In this document: positions 1-11,129 of the stretch, in pieces
How positions within the stretch are numbered: the first letter of the stretch is position 1
Layout: each line of letters opens with the position of its first letter
DNA from: Rhynchobatus australiae
Taxonomy: Eukaryota
NCBI GenBank assembly: GCA_034780895.1
Contig: JAUZTB010000073.1
Location: 18,120,756 to 18,184,755, forward strand
Direction: 5' to 3'
DNA length: 64,000 nucleotides
The notes under the pieces: generated by a model
Told to the model about the DNA's origin: nothing
The model's input: only the letters and a program-made list of their open reading frames with translations
Database searches by the model: none
Translations under genes and position numbers: made by a program

Positions 1-150
1 GGAAAATTTGAAAGTAACTTTCAGGAGGGAATTAAATTCTTGAAATTTGTAGGGCTATGAGGAAAGAGGAAGGTTGTGGTACATGACTGAATAATTCTGC
101 CAAAGAGTTAGCATGGAGAGGATAGGCAAAGTACTGTCCTTTGCTATGAG
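1..150 (+). mobile_element. CR1 LINE 3' tail remnant
   Basis: Degenerate match to the elasmobranch CR1 3' end (gtagggctatgaggaaagag...aaagagttagcatgg); similar tails near 10.5 kb and 50.8 kb. Confidence 0.5.
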
Positions 151-899
151 GATAAAATTGGGATAAGGTGTGGACAGAAGGAACTGCCCTGTGCACAGAA
201 CAAATCAGGGGATGTCTGGCATATGTAGAGAGTGGAGGAGGAGATAATTGTCAGATTAACAATAGATCATTTCCATTGTGTTAACAACACACATCATCGA
301 TACCAGTGAGAAAGGCATTATTGCGTTGCAGTGTTTGGCAGATATGGACAATAAATGGCCTGCCAAACATTTTCTCGCAGAGTGTAGTGATGTCTTTAAG
401 GAGGCCAGCACCTTATCTGAGGTCATCAAGTTTAAAGGTGAGTGACCTCTCTTTTTTTTTAGCCATAATGTTTATTCATATGAAGCACTCTGATAATCAG
501 CTGAATGTCTGGGTCAAAGCAAGGTTACAATTCATAAATATTAAAGAGGAGGCATTAATTTGCATTAGTTTTTAAGGAGCTATTACATTATTATTTCAAT
601 GTTCTGTGATGGCCTTTTTAACAATCTCAACATTTTCCATCTTGCTATCCAACTCATAAGCTGACAGGCTGGAGATGAATTAAAAAAGCTTGTTCTAGCC
701 TATTTATTTATTCAGTACTTCTAATGGCTTATTTTGTCATTTATCCAACTTTTTTTAAGCTCTCTAACTCTTTTTTCTCTTCTGCAGCTATTGAATGGTG
801 CTGGGCAAAATTTTACTGCTGTTTATTCCCTTTAGAGATCTCAGACCATATGTTTCCTGTATGATGAGTGGTGGGAGAACGTTCAGCTATGAAAGACAT

Positions 900-1380
900 A
901 AAAAAACTTGCATTTTTTGATTTTCCTTTAACATAACAAACCATCCTAAGGTCCTTCACAGCAGCAGTTACCAAACAAAATTTGACAGCTGAGACACATA
1001 TTAGGACTGGCAACCAAAAGCTTGATTAAAGAGGTAGGTTTTGAGGAGCATCCTAAAGGAAGCTGTAGCAGAGATACAGAAGGATTTAAGGACGGAATTC
1101 AAGAGCTTAGTGTTTAGGCAGTTGAAAGCATAGTTCCTATTGGAAGAGCTACAGGAATGGGGGGATGTGCAAGAGGCTAGAATCCCAGGAACACACAGAT
1201 CTCAGGAGAGTTGTAGGACTGAAGGTGGTTATAGAGATATGGAGGGGCAAGGCCAATAGAGATTTGAAGGTAAGGAAGAGAACTTTACAATGAAATCATT
1301 GCTGGACTGGGAGCCAATATAGGCCAGAGTTAGGTGAAAGGGATTCAGTCCAAGTTAGGATCTGGGCAACAGAATTTTGA
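900..1380 (-). mobile_element. L2-clade LINE 3' end
   Basis: aacttgcatt...caaacaaaatttgaca...accaaaagcttgattaaagaggtaggttttgaggagcatc is the reverse complement of the shark/ray L2 tail; it recurs at ~31.5, 32.8, 37.8 and 51.8 kb. Confidence 0.75.
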
Positions 1381-1853
1381 CCTTGAATTGAGCCTGGGTG
1401 TTTTTAATCAGATGTATCCATCCAGCAGAGACCAGGCATAGAGGCCAATTTTAGTGATTGAACTGCTATTCCAATACTAGCTGATGGGATCAAACTCAGT
1501 AGAAAACAGGAACCAAACCTGATTCATGCCTTGGAAGGAGGCTCATCATGCACTGTGGAATCATTAGGCATGGGGTTTGACTGAGGGGCACCCGTTAATT
1601 CCTTCCTACCCGCTTCCCCTCCCATTTTCCCATGCTTCTATTCTTCTTGTTGTAATGAATCCAGCTTTTACCTCTGCCTACCTCACTGTTCCCTCATTCT
1701 CAATGATGTGATCCCTACTATAGTTGGGAACAGTAGGTGACCATATTTGGAACTGAAAACCCATATCTAATAAACTGATGTTTTAAAGCTGCATTTTGGT
1801 ACGTGAATTGATTGTTGAACCTGATTACATGAAACAGACCATTCAGCCCAGCT

Positions 1854-2204
1854 ACACACAAAATGCTGGAGGAACTCAGCAGGTCAGGCAGCCTCTATGG
1901 AGGGAAATGGACAGTCGACGTTTCAGGTTGAGAGCCTTCATCTGGACTGAACGAAGCATTTCCCTCCATAGATTCNNNNNNNNNNNNNNNNNNNNNNNNN
2001 NNNNNNNNNNNNNNNNNNNNNNNNNNNNNNNNNNNNNNNNNNNNNNNNNNNNNNNNNNNNNNNNNNNNNNNNNNNTCAGGTTGAGAGCCTTCATCTGGAC
2101 TGAACGAAGCATTTCCCTCCATAGATGCTGCCTGACCTGCTGAGTTCATCCAATGTTTTGAGTGTAAATCCCGATTCCAGCATCTGCAGTGGCCTGTGTT
2201 TCCT
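1854..2204. mobile_element. Short Penelope-like-element (PLE) derived insertion with inverted arms and 12-bp TSD (~198 bp after collapsing the gap duplication)
   Basis: Inverted arms aaatgctggaggaactcagcaggtcaggcagc...gctgcctgacctgctgagttcatcc; flanked by ttcagcccagct (1842-1853) and ttcagtccagct (2205-2216). Confidence 0.75.
1912..1949 (-). ncRNA. Minimal type-I hammerhead ribozyme-like motif (variant core)
   Basis: Minus strand reads CAGTC-CAGATGA-AGG ctctcaa CCT-GAAAC-GTC^GACTG: stem I CAGTC/GACTG, stem II AGG/CCT, GAAA, loopless palindromic stem III (ACGT), GUC cleavage triplet. Core has A at U4. Confidence 0.6.
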
Positions 2205-4469
2205 TTCAGTCCAGCTGTTCTCTGCCTGTTATTCATGCTTCCCATGTTAGAAAATCTGTCCCAGTCCTTGTTTCCATTAAAGACTTCTCACTTTCAATCA
2301 CACCCTGTTATTTCACATTTTGTGCAGTTTCTGGGTAAATATTTTTTTCCTAAGTTCCTTACTGAATTTATCAGTGGCTATCTTGAATATCTGGCCACAT
2401 GTTTTGGACTTCATTTTGAAATATATCATGAGAATATTAAGGCATATTGAGGAGTCACTGTCACAGAAGATTTCTTTATTATGATTTGGAGCTTTTTTTT
2501 CATAGCGAGAAGTCTCTTGGGTAAGTGGATCTTTAAAATAGTTTTCCAAATATGTGAAAAAAATGTGTTACTTGAATCAAATATTAAAGATCAGAGTCTC
2601 AAATTAGTTTATCCAAATAGATGCTGTGGATGGTCACTAAAGCTTGTCACTAATCATTGATTTGCTGGTGGGTCCTACTGATGTAATTTTCAGGAATACC
2701 TAAGGTCAGTGAACTACTGAACAAATGTTGCAACTTCTATAATTGAAAATATATCAGAACTGAGGTCAGGTCCAAGATTTTGGGGGAGTGGGAATGTGGG
2801 AGAGGTTGGAACTAAGGAATTAGGCCAAGAAAGATCAGGGGTTGAGGGTCAGGGCCAAGGATTGGGAGAGGGTGGGAGGGGGAGAAGGTGACTTGTACCA
2901 AAAGTTCCCAGCCAGATTNNNNNNNNNNNNNNNNNNNNNNNNNNNNNNNNNNNNNNNNNNNNNNNNNNNNNNNNNNNNNNNNNNNNNNNNNNNNNNNNNN
3001 NNNNNNNNNNNNNNNNNNNNNNNNNNNNNNNNNNNNNNNNNNNNNNNNNNNNNNNNNNNNNNNNNNNNNNNNNNNNNNNNNNNNNNNNNNNNNNNNNNNN
3101 NNNNNNNNNNNNNNNNNNNNNNNNNNNNNNNNNNNNNNNNNNNNNNNNNNNNNNNNNNNNNNNNNNNNNNNNNNNNNNNNNNNNNNNNNNNNNNNNNNNN
3201 NNNNNNNNNCAGTTTCACAAATGACCCTTGAATTATTTTCTGTCCTACCAGGACACCATCCTATGTTTTATCTGTGGAGTTTTGCAGCCCACAGTGTGGA
3301 CATTCAACCCCTCGTGTCTGTACTGGGTCTTTCAAAAAAAATGAGTCGATTATCACCAATTCCCTACTCTTTCCACAGCCCTACACATGTTTTTGTTTCT
3401 GAACATATTTGCAATTCTGATTTGAAAGTTATTGTTGAATCTGCTCTGCTGCTATTATAAGTAGCACATTCTGGACATCTGGATGGAAGACCTGGGACAG
3501 ACAGTGGCCATAACCAATGGACACAACACAGGAAGAGAGGCAGGTTGCTCTAGAGAGTGTTGGGGTTAGAGACTAATGGGAAGAAAGAAAGGTCATCCAT
3601 CAGATAATGGTCTATCTTGCATCCTGTCCAGTGTGAAGAAGGTTGAAAAGGGTTTTGTTGTTGTTGAAAATACCTGTGATAAAAGACAAGGCTCAGGGAG
3701 CAGGACGTTGCCACGGCTGAAAAGAATAAGTGAAAGATAAATCAGGGGGTAATGATAAGCCACTGCAGAGCATGGGTTTTAAAAGCCTGAAGAAGGTTGC
3801 AGTGAGGGAAGACCAAAGGAGCTGAGGAGCTCCACTGTTTGGGCCCCTCTGAAAGAACGTCATTGGCAGTTGCTGCTAGGCTTTTTTCTTTGATACGGGA
3901 ATGCTCCTATGGTCCTTAAAGGGTTAACGTCGATGCCGTCGTGAAACCTAAGCGCCTGCAAAAAAGGGAACAAACCATCCTGAAGGTTAGAGAGGGAGAG
4001 TGATTCACACGAGTGAAGAGGATAACGAGCACAGAAGAGGCTAAACGGGTGGCAGCTCTTTGGTGTTTGCCTTGACATCACGGCCCCACGTCTGACCTGC
4101 TGTGCTTGTGGCAGTGTCCGGAGCATTACAAGCCATTTACTGCTGTGAACTGATGTTTACATGCCTGACTTATCACAGAGCATGCTTAACGGACAGGACA
4201 CACAGCTACTCCAGTGGAAAAAAAGCACGTCAGGAAATAAATTTGAGATTAGGGACTGAGGCCGTAAGATAGAAGAGAACTGTTACAGTTTTCATTATTT
4301 ACTTTCACAGGAAGAGTAAGGTAAGAAACAGCCTTTAAATTTCCAAAAAGCAATGTTGATGCTGTGATTTCACCTTTTTCAGAAATATATGAGAGAGAGT
4401 TCACTGCAAGCTGTGTTCTTTTCCTATATCATTGCCACAATTTGGGGTAAAACCCTCAGCCACTGGTAT

Positions 4470-5190
4470 ATTACATCAGCCTCTCTCTACTTTCACCATT
4501 TTGTCTGTAATTTGGTGTCCCCATTGATTTGACACCGTCCTTTCTGGATATGAGATTTGGCTTTGCGCCCAGCCCCAGATAAAAGTGACGGTGATCCCCC
4601 TTGTGCCCTACCGACTGTGAAGGGCCTACATGCATAGTTTGAGACAGTCGCAACCCCTAGCGTTCACAGCACAAAGCAACCCGCATTATACTGGTCCGAG
4701 CCGCAGAAGAAAGCAGCTTGTTTGTACCGGTGAAATGTTGGGCCCCTTGTGTTCACTTGTTATCACAATCTCTCTGAATAATACTAATGCAGTGCCAATT
4801 AGTGTTAAGTAAGGACATATCTGTGTGTATGGGCTGGGACTGTAAAAGCAGGTCCCATATACATAAGACGTTCAAGCATATGAACTTTGCGGGTTGTATA
4901 GGTGCGTACCATGGCACATTGGCAGACCACGTGCAAAGTTTAAATCCCTCTTCCCCTTAATTTCCTTGTATCCCAAGTTTCTGATGGCAGAAGAGCTTGA
5001 AGTGCTGTATCTAAGAGTGAGGAAACAGCAGTGAGAATAGCTTCTTCGAAATCTTCATCCGCATGGAGTTCAAATAATACTGCAAACACATAAGGAACAT
5101 AGTTGCGTAGGTTCCAAGAGACCGTATGATACAGTTCAGAGGCTCCGTATGCCTCTGAGACACAACAGACAAAAGAGACTTTGGTCACCC
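4470..5190 (-). mobile_element. Decayed PIF/Harbinger transposase fossil
   Basis: With frameshifts the minus strand reads VFAVLFEL..F...AVSSLL..AL, GLPNV..(H/D)GTH, YN-RK, LNVLCIWD, matching the order of Harbinger motifs (GFPNV-DGTH-YNRKG-SLNVQ.ICD). Confidence 0.45.
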
Positions 5191-5679
5191 GTTACCCTAG
5201 GCTGAATTCAGACTTCGGGCCCCAGAGGTGAAAGGGCACTGGAATTATTCTGCTCTCTCAGCAACTGTGTATGTGATGTGCTTTCTTGCTGATGCAAACA
5301 AATGTTCTGAAATGATTGTAGGATAACCATCAAGAGAGAATGGCTGGAAGGGATGAGGGGGTAGTGGGCAGTTTGCACTGAACCACGTTTGGGTCACTTG
5401 TAAAATTAGATGGGAAGAGCTCATGTGTCTCGTTGGTGAGGTCATTGGGGAGAGTGACAGGATGTCGTGNNNNNNNNNNNNNNNNNNNNNNNNNNNNNNN
5501 NNNAGCCCCATTATCTTCCTGTTATGTTATTTAGAATCAACTCATCAAGCTCACTATATATTTCACTGAATGAAAATTGTAAGGGCTATTAGTGGATCTT
5601 GACCACTTACATCAATACAGAACTTGATGGGCATCTCTTGGCAACAAGGAAAGCTGTAAAATGATGAGCAAATGTCCCC

Positions 5680-5980
5680 AGTCACCTAATGGGTAAGATC
5701 AGTGTCCAGTATGGTGGAGATCTTTGTAGATTAGATAGAGTCCATATTCTTTCTAAGAAATTGTGCTATGTTTCAGCTGGGTGAACTAAGCAAGTAGTCT
5801 CAATGCTCCTAAAATAGGGTGTGGGAAATTCAGTCAGATTTCCTATGCCAAAAAACTATATTGTAATGTTGGCTTACAAAAAAAAACCCTGGGAGTATTG
5901 TGTTTGTGTGCAGAACTACACATCAGATGAGGACAAGATTGTGCCCAACTGTGATGCCAAATGTAGTGCAATAGGTTACA
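5680..5980 (+). mobile_element. Old unclassified SINE-like repeat
   Basis: Head gtcacctaatgggtaagatcagtgtccagtatgg and tail catcagatgaggacaagattgtgcccaactgtgatgcc; similar reverse-strand pieces near 1.4, 29.8, 36.9 and 52.0 kb. Confidence 0.35.
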
Positions 5981-7006
5981 TGACCACTATCTGGATTCCC
6001 TTGTGAGGGGTAGTCATTTTGCAAAGTGACACTCAAACTGTTTCCCAGACTTAACAGGAATAATGCAGCTAATAAACAGTGCAGTCATATTACATGGTCC
6101 ACTGTCTCCAACGTTGATCAGAATTTCTCTCTTCCTTGACTGGTTCAGGAGAGGTCGGTGAGATGCTTCAGAGAAAACAATTCCAGGGAGACCTCACGGG
6201 TTCCATGTTAAAATAGTTTTTACATATATTTGGAACACTTTATATGTGGCAGTTCCAAATCATTTCATTATAATTACAAAATTGCACCTTTCATTATGGA
6301 TAAATGTTAAATGACTTCTGTAGAAAAGTCAAACTTTTGATGGTGTTGAGAATGTTTTCTTTAAAATACTTTTCCTGCTCTCTCTTCCTCTACGCTTGAT
6401 CGATTACTTGTGAACTGCTCACTCTCTTTAGGTGTTCTATAGTGCCTCCAAGTACTGGCTGCAAATACCAATAACTAAAAGTCTCCCCCCACCTTTACAC
6501 AGGATTGACAGCCCTTCAGGAATGCCCCAGGAATGCCCCAGCTCCTGCAGAGGGTGACGATTGGCCTTCAGGACCCTGCAGGGTGCAACTCTCCAGGAGC
6601 ACTATCTGAACGGGTATCAGAAGAAATTACATTTTTCCATTTCCTTTGAACATTTTTATTTATTAAATATAGATATGTTGGAACTGAGGTGGAGGAGGTA
6701 GTAGAAGCATTTTGATTCTACAGAATAACCTAAAAGAATATGTCTAACCAGAGTAGGCAAGTATACTCTTCTTTGGCCTTCATTGGATCACAGTCTGAGC
6801 ACTTTCATGGATCCTTGAACTCAAGGCAGTTATAATCATAGCGTTGTGAAACTGGGTGCCAGTGTAGGAGAGTGGTAATGGAACTTGGTCCCAGTTTCAG
6901 ATGAGCTGAAGTTTCTGGACATGTTTCCGGTCACAGTGAAGTGGGCAAATGTGAAGCAGACAAAAGCCTGCTGAAGGTGTTTACATTGCAAATACACAAC
7001 ATCTGA

Positions 7007-7033
7007 ATGTGTGCATGCACGCGCGCGCATGCG

Positions 7034-7099
<66 letters not shown>
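7007..7099. repeat. Compound (GC)n/(CA)n microsatellite, uninterrupted alternating purine-pyrimidine tract
   Basis: atgtgtgcatgcacgcgcgcgcatgcgcgtac followed by ~30 CA units. Confidence 0.97.
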
Positions 7100-7102
<3 letters not shown>

Positions 7103-7761
7103 GATCCTTTCTGAATTACCTCATAAACTAATAAACTAGTAAATGATGGTGTGCCTCCAGCTGAAGCTGTTACTACACTTTTCTTAGCAGGGAAGCTTTC
7201 TTTACTTTGGCTATTGTCACCCCAACAAAGGCTCTATGTTGTCTGCAATTGTGTGGGCTTTATTTAAATGCAAAGCAATAAATCTCTGTTGACAGACACT
7301 TGCTGCTTAAGTTTTTTGTCCGCCTTGATTTTAGAATCGTTATCCTAGTCTGCAGATACCTTCATGGCCTCACCAGCCCTCAGTCCTTTCAATCTATCTC
7401 TCAGTTTGTAATCTCAGTTCTTCTGATGCACCATTAGTCCTCCCTTCAGCTGCCAACAGAGTTGCAACATTCTGGATGTTGAGCCTTTAAATCCTCCACT
7501 GGCTTGGCACATTTGACCTAAGCTATTTCCAATTACCTCCGTTTCATCCACCTCCCCTGTTCCAACTGCTGCTTCATTTCCTGTCCACCCTTCGACCTGT
7601 ATGTGTCCCAGTCCAGGAGAGCACAGTAAGGTGTTTTGACACTTCATAAAAAGATGCAATAGTTGTTAATTACTGGAAGATCATTTACTGCTGGAACCAG
7701 GTATTCAGTCGTGTTGTTAGAATGAATTGTTCAGCGACCATAATGGCTTTTATTTGATGTA

Positions 7762-7921
7762 GTCCTCTCGGCACGGATAGAACATCTGGGAGATGTAATC
7801 TTTGGAAATGTACATGGAATTGTAGGAAAATTTGGACAGGGTCCTCTCAGCACTGATAGAACATCTGGGAGATGTAATCTTTGGAAATGTACATGGAATT
7901 GTAGGAAAATTTGGACAGGGT
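7762..7921. repeat. Tandem duplication, 2 x 79 bp
   Basis: gtcctctc(g/a)gcac(g/t)gatagaacatctgggagatgtaatc...ttggacagg starts at 7762 and at 7841; two mismatches. Confidence 0.95.
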
Positions 7922-8634
7922 GACCAAAAGCTTTGTAGAAAGGTCATGTTTTATGGATGATCTTGGAGGAAGATGAGGAAGAGATAGTGAAGTGCTGGGA
8001 TTGCAAAGAGTGACCTGCAGGTGACTGAAGGGATAGCTGCCAATGGTGGGTGTGGGTACAAAGGAGGACATAACTTGTTCTCAATGTATACTATTATTAA
8101 CCGTAGCCCAGATCTAGTCTGGGTGCTACAGAGGAACTTCATTGACCATAGATTAGGGAAGGGGAGCCCTCAAGAATCCTTGATGGTTTTAGGTCTGTTG
8201 ATCATCACTGAGGTTGTGGGAGTCCAGATGGGGCCCTCATTAGATGTCAGTAATGGAGTGCTGTTCTGGCACGTCTGGTGCTTTTTTTAAATCCTTGGCT
8301 AAATATATGGCCAAGTTAATTTTCTTTTCCATTGTAATTTTTCCTCAGTGTAGGCCATTGAAAGGAAAACAGAAGGAATAATGGGACATTTCTAGTTAAA
8401 GTTTCAGATGATTTTCTGATGTTTTTCTTGTTTCCTTCTGGTGGTGCTGCTTTAACTCTCCTTATATCTGCACTTCCAGTCCGGCCACTAAAGAGGTGCC
8501 AAACAGGAACTCTCCTGTGTGGGGATGCTGGACATGAATAGGCAGACAAACTGGCCAGGTTGGAACATGCCATCTGATCCATCAAGCCTGCACCACACTC
8601 ATGCCCAGAACATAATGACTAAAGACATCCCCTT

Positions 8635-8765
8635 AATGAAAAACACGATGATGCTGGAGGAACTGCCTGCTTTTCTCCATGGATGCTGCCTGGCCTGCTG
8701 AGTTCCTCCAGCATCATTGCATTTTTCATCTAGATTCCAGCACCTGCGGTCCTTTGTTTCTCCAG
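8635..8765. mobile_element. Short PLE-derived hairpin insertion with 15-bp TSD
   Basis: atgaaaaacacgatgatgctggaggaact / agttcctccagcatcattgcatttttcat are inverted arms; flanks taaagacatcccctt (8620-8634) and taaaggcatcccctt (8766-8780). Confidence 0.75.
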
Positions 8766-10054
8766 TAAAGGCATCCCCTTCCCCCTCCACCCCCTTACCT
8801 GACACATCCCCGCAAACCAACCCCTCTGCCATATCTATTAATCTTCCGAGTGAGGTATAAACCTTAAAGCCATAAAAGGGAAAAGTACACCACAAAATTC
8901 CTCTCAGCTGATTGAAATCAGCACAGGGAAGAAGAAAAGGATTTACTAGTTCATGACCTTACCATCTTATCAGACTGGTATTTGACAGCAAATATGGTCA
9001 GACTTTACTTTGGCTCCAACTCTGAAAGGAAGCCATGGCAGTAAGCATGATGTCACAGGCTGTTCTGAAGACCTTATTAACCCCGTATGCTGGTTGATTC
9101 TTCAGAGGGATTCCATTTGCAACATGTCATGATTGACATGAATTACATGAATAATGTAGTGTTGGTCATCAAACAGCAGAGTCTGAATATACACTTCTCC
9201 ACTGGCCACTATTTTGAGTTATCAGTGTTGCTCAGTTTACTGCACTCCCAGGCCCAACTTAGCAGGTGCAAAACTGTATTGTCCTGCTNNNNNNNNNNNN
9301 NNNNNNNNNNNNNNNNNNNNNNNNNNNNNNNNNNNNNNNNNNNNNNNNNNNNNNNNNNNNNNNNNNNNNNNNNNNNNNNNNNNNNNNNNNNNNNNNNNNN
9401 NNNNNNNNNNNNNNNNNNNNNNNNNNNNNNNNNNNNNNNNNNNNNNNNNNNNNNNNNNNNNNNNNNNNNNNNNNNNNNNNNNNNNNNNNNNNNNNNNNNN
9501 NNNNNNNNNNNNNNNNNNNNNNNNNNNNNNNNNNNNNNNNNNNNNNNNNNNNNNNNNNNNNNNNNNNNNNNNNNNNNNNNNNNNNNNNNNNNNNNNNNNN
9601 NNNNNNNNNNNNNNNNNNNNNNNNNNNNNNNNNNNNNNNNNNCACACCCCTACCTGCAGAAACTCTTTTCTCTACATTTTAACAACACCAGTCTACATTC
9701 AGATCTGCAAATAATATTCATGAGATAGACTTTTAGGGTTTCTGAATTTTGTTGTACCTTCAAATCTTTTTCCTTGAGGGATCTTTTCACACATAGTATC
9801 TGCTGTTTTTTCCCAAAATTGAAAGTGACAGCACTTCAAAAATACTTCAAGACATATATTAATTTTTCTTATTATTTATTATTATTTAATAATGAAAATG
9901 GAAGCTGCACATCAGGAATACGGAAATACAACGATAAATGTTTAAATTTAGATGGACTTATTTCTTTAAATATTTTCCTTTTTCTACCTTAGATTCCTTT
10001 TTTTGCTTTTCATGTGCTCTATACAATGACACCTTGTTCCACATTTTTATGAAT

Positions 10055-10560
10055 AGTGTGCAAAAACAAGGAAGATATGCTAAACCTTTGTAAAATATTG
10101 GTCAAGCCTTTTCTGGAACAATCGCATTCAATTCTGACAGCACACTTTGGGAAGGATGTTAATTCCTTGGGCAGGTTTTCTCGGCTGGTACCAGATTTGA
10201 AGGACTGAACTCATATGAAGAGGATGGAGAACACGAGTTTGTTCTCCTTCAAGCAGAGGTTATGGGAAGATTTGATGCAGGTAACATGAAGGGTTAAAGA
10301 GAAACATTTTCCAGTGGCAGAAGAGCCAGTAACCAAAATACACAAATTAAGGGAATTGGCAGAAGAACCAGAAATGACATGAGGAAGTCTATTTATATGC
10401 AGTAAGTTGTGAGTTGGAATGCCTGAAAACATGATGGAAACAGATTCAATAACAACATTCAACAGAGAATTGGATATACCACTGAAGGGGAAAAAATACA
10501 GGTCTGTGGGGAAAAAGGATTAAGTGAAATACAGGTCCAAATATTTCCCTTCTCTGCTAT
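10055..10560 (+). mobile_element. CR1 LINE 3' fragment (old)
   Basis: Decayed ORF2 C-terminus (MLNL.K.LV.P.LE...F...GKD; ttgttctccttcaagcagaggttatgggaagatttgat) followed by a CR1 tail. Confidence 0.75.
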
Positions 10561-10565
10561 GTAAT

Positions 10566-11060
10566 TTATGATCCTCTGAACACTGTGCAATGTATAAAGT
10601 TTGTATACTGCTTGTGTAATCTGTGACTTGCCCTTTTAACACTTCCTATCTCTTTAAATTTCATTGATGAGCAATTTTCCATTCCCGCATATATGTGTGT
10701 TCCATTTATTTGTCCCACTTGCACCTGGACAGTGAGTAATGATTTCCAGGAAATCTGAATCCTGTCAGTGCACCACCATCCAGATGGAATTAGCAACATC
10801 TTGTAACTTTTTAGATTTGAATAACAGCATTAGAAGAAAATTGGCCCTGATAAATTCGGTGGATGATTCTTTTACTACAAATTGCTTCATCAAATTGAGT
10901 GACTGGAAGCAGTTAATCTCTCTTTCAGAGTGCAGTACTTTGGTTTGGTGACTCCTTTGCCCAATGTACAGATGAAAACTGTGGATGTTCCCAAATTTGA
11001 TCTCTGGACTATTAGCTCTTCCAAATCCATATGAAAACTTTTGTAGTGTTGGAACCAATG
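10566..11060 (-). mobile_element. Decayed PIF/Harbinger transposase fossil
   Basis: ORF 10566-10799 contains (PG)..VGQINGTHI (consensus VIGAIDGTHI) and ends FRGS (consensus WPGS). The upstream ORF has FQSL...FVVKESST, resembling the Harbinger HTH region. Confidence 0.5.
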
Positions 11061-11129
11061 CTGTCTTTGATTGCTAACTAGTGACTCTGTCCATAATTGA
11101 CTGTAGTGTGAGGTTTTCTAACCCTGCAA

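Noticed and set aside
2076-2125. Apparent tandem (dimeric) hammerhead
   Set aside because: Near-exact duplicate across a 100-N gap, the same pattern as other gap artefacts in the window.
2864-2882. Canonical G-quadruplex motif
   Set aside because: Common in vertebrate DNA, next to a gap, with no supporting context.
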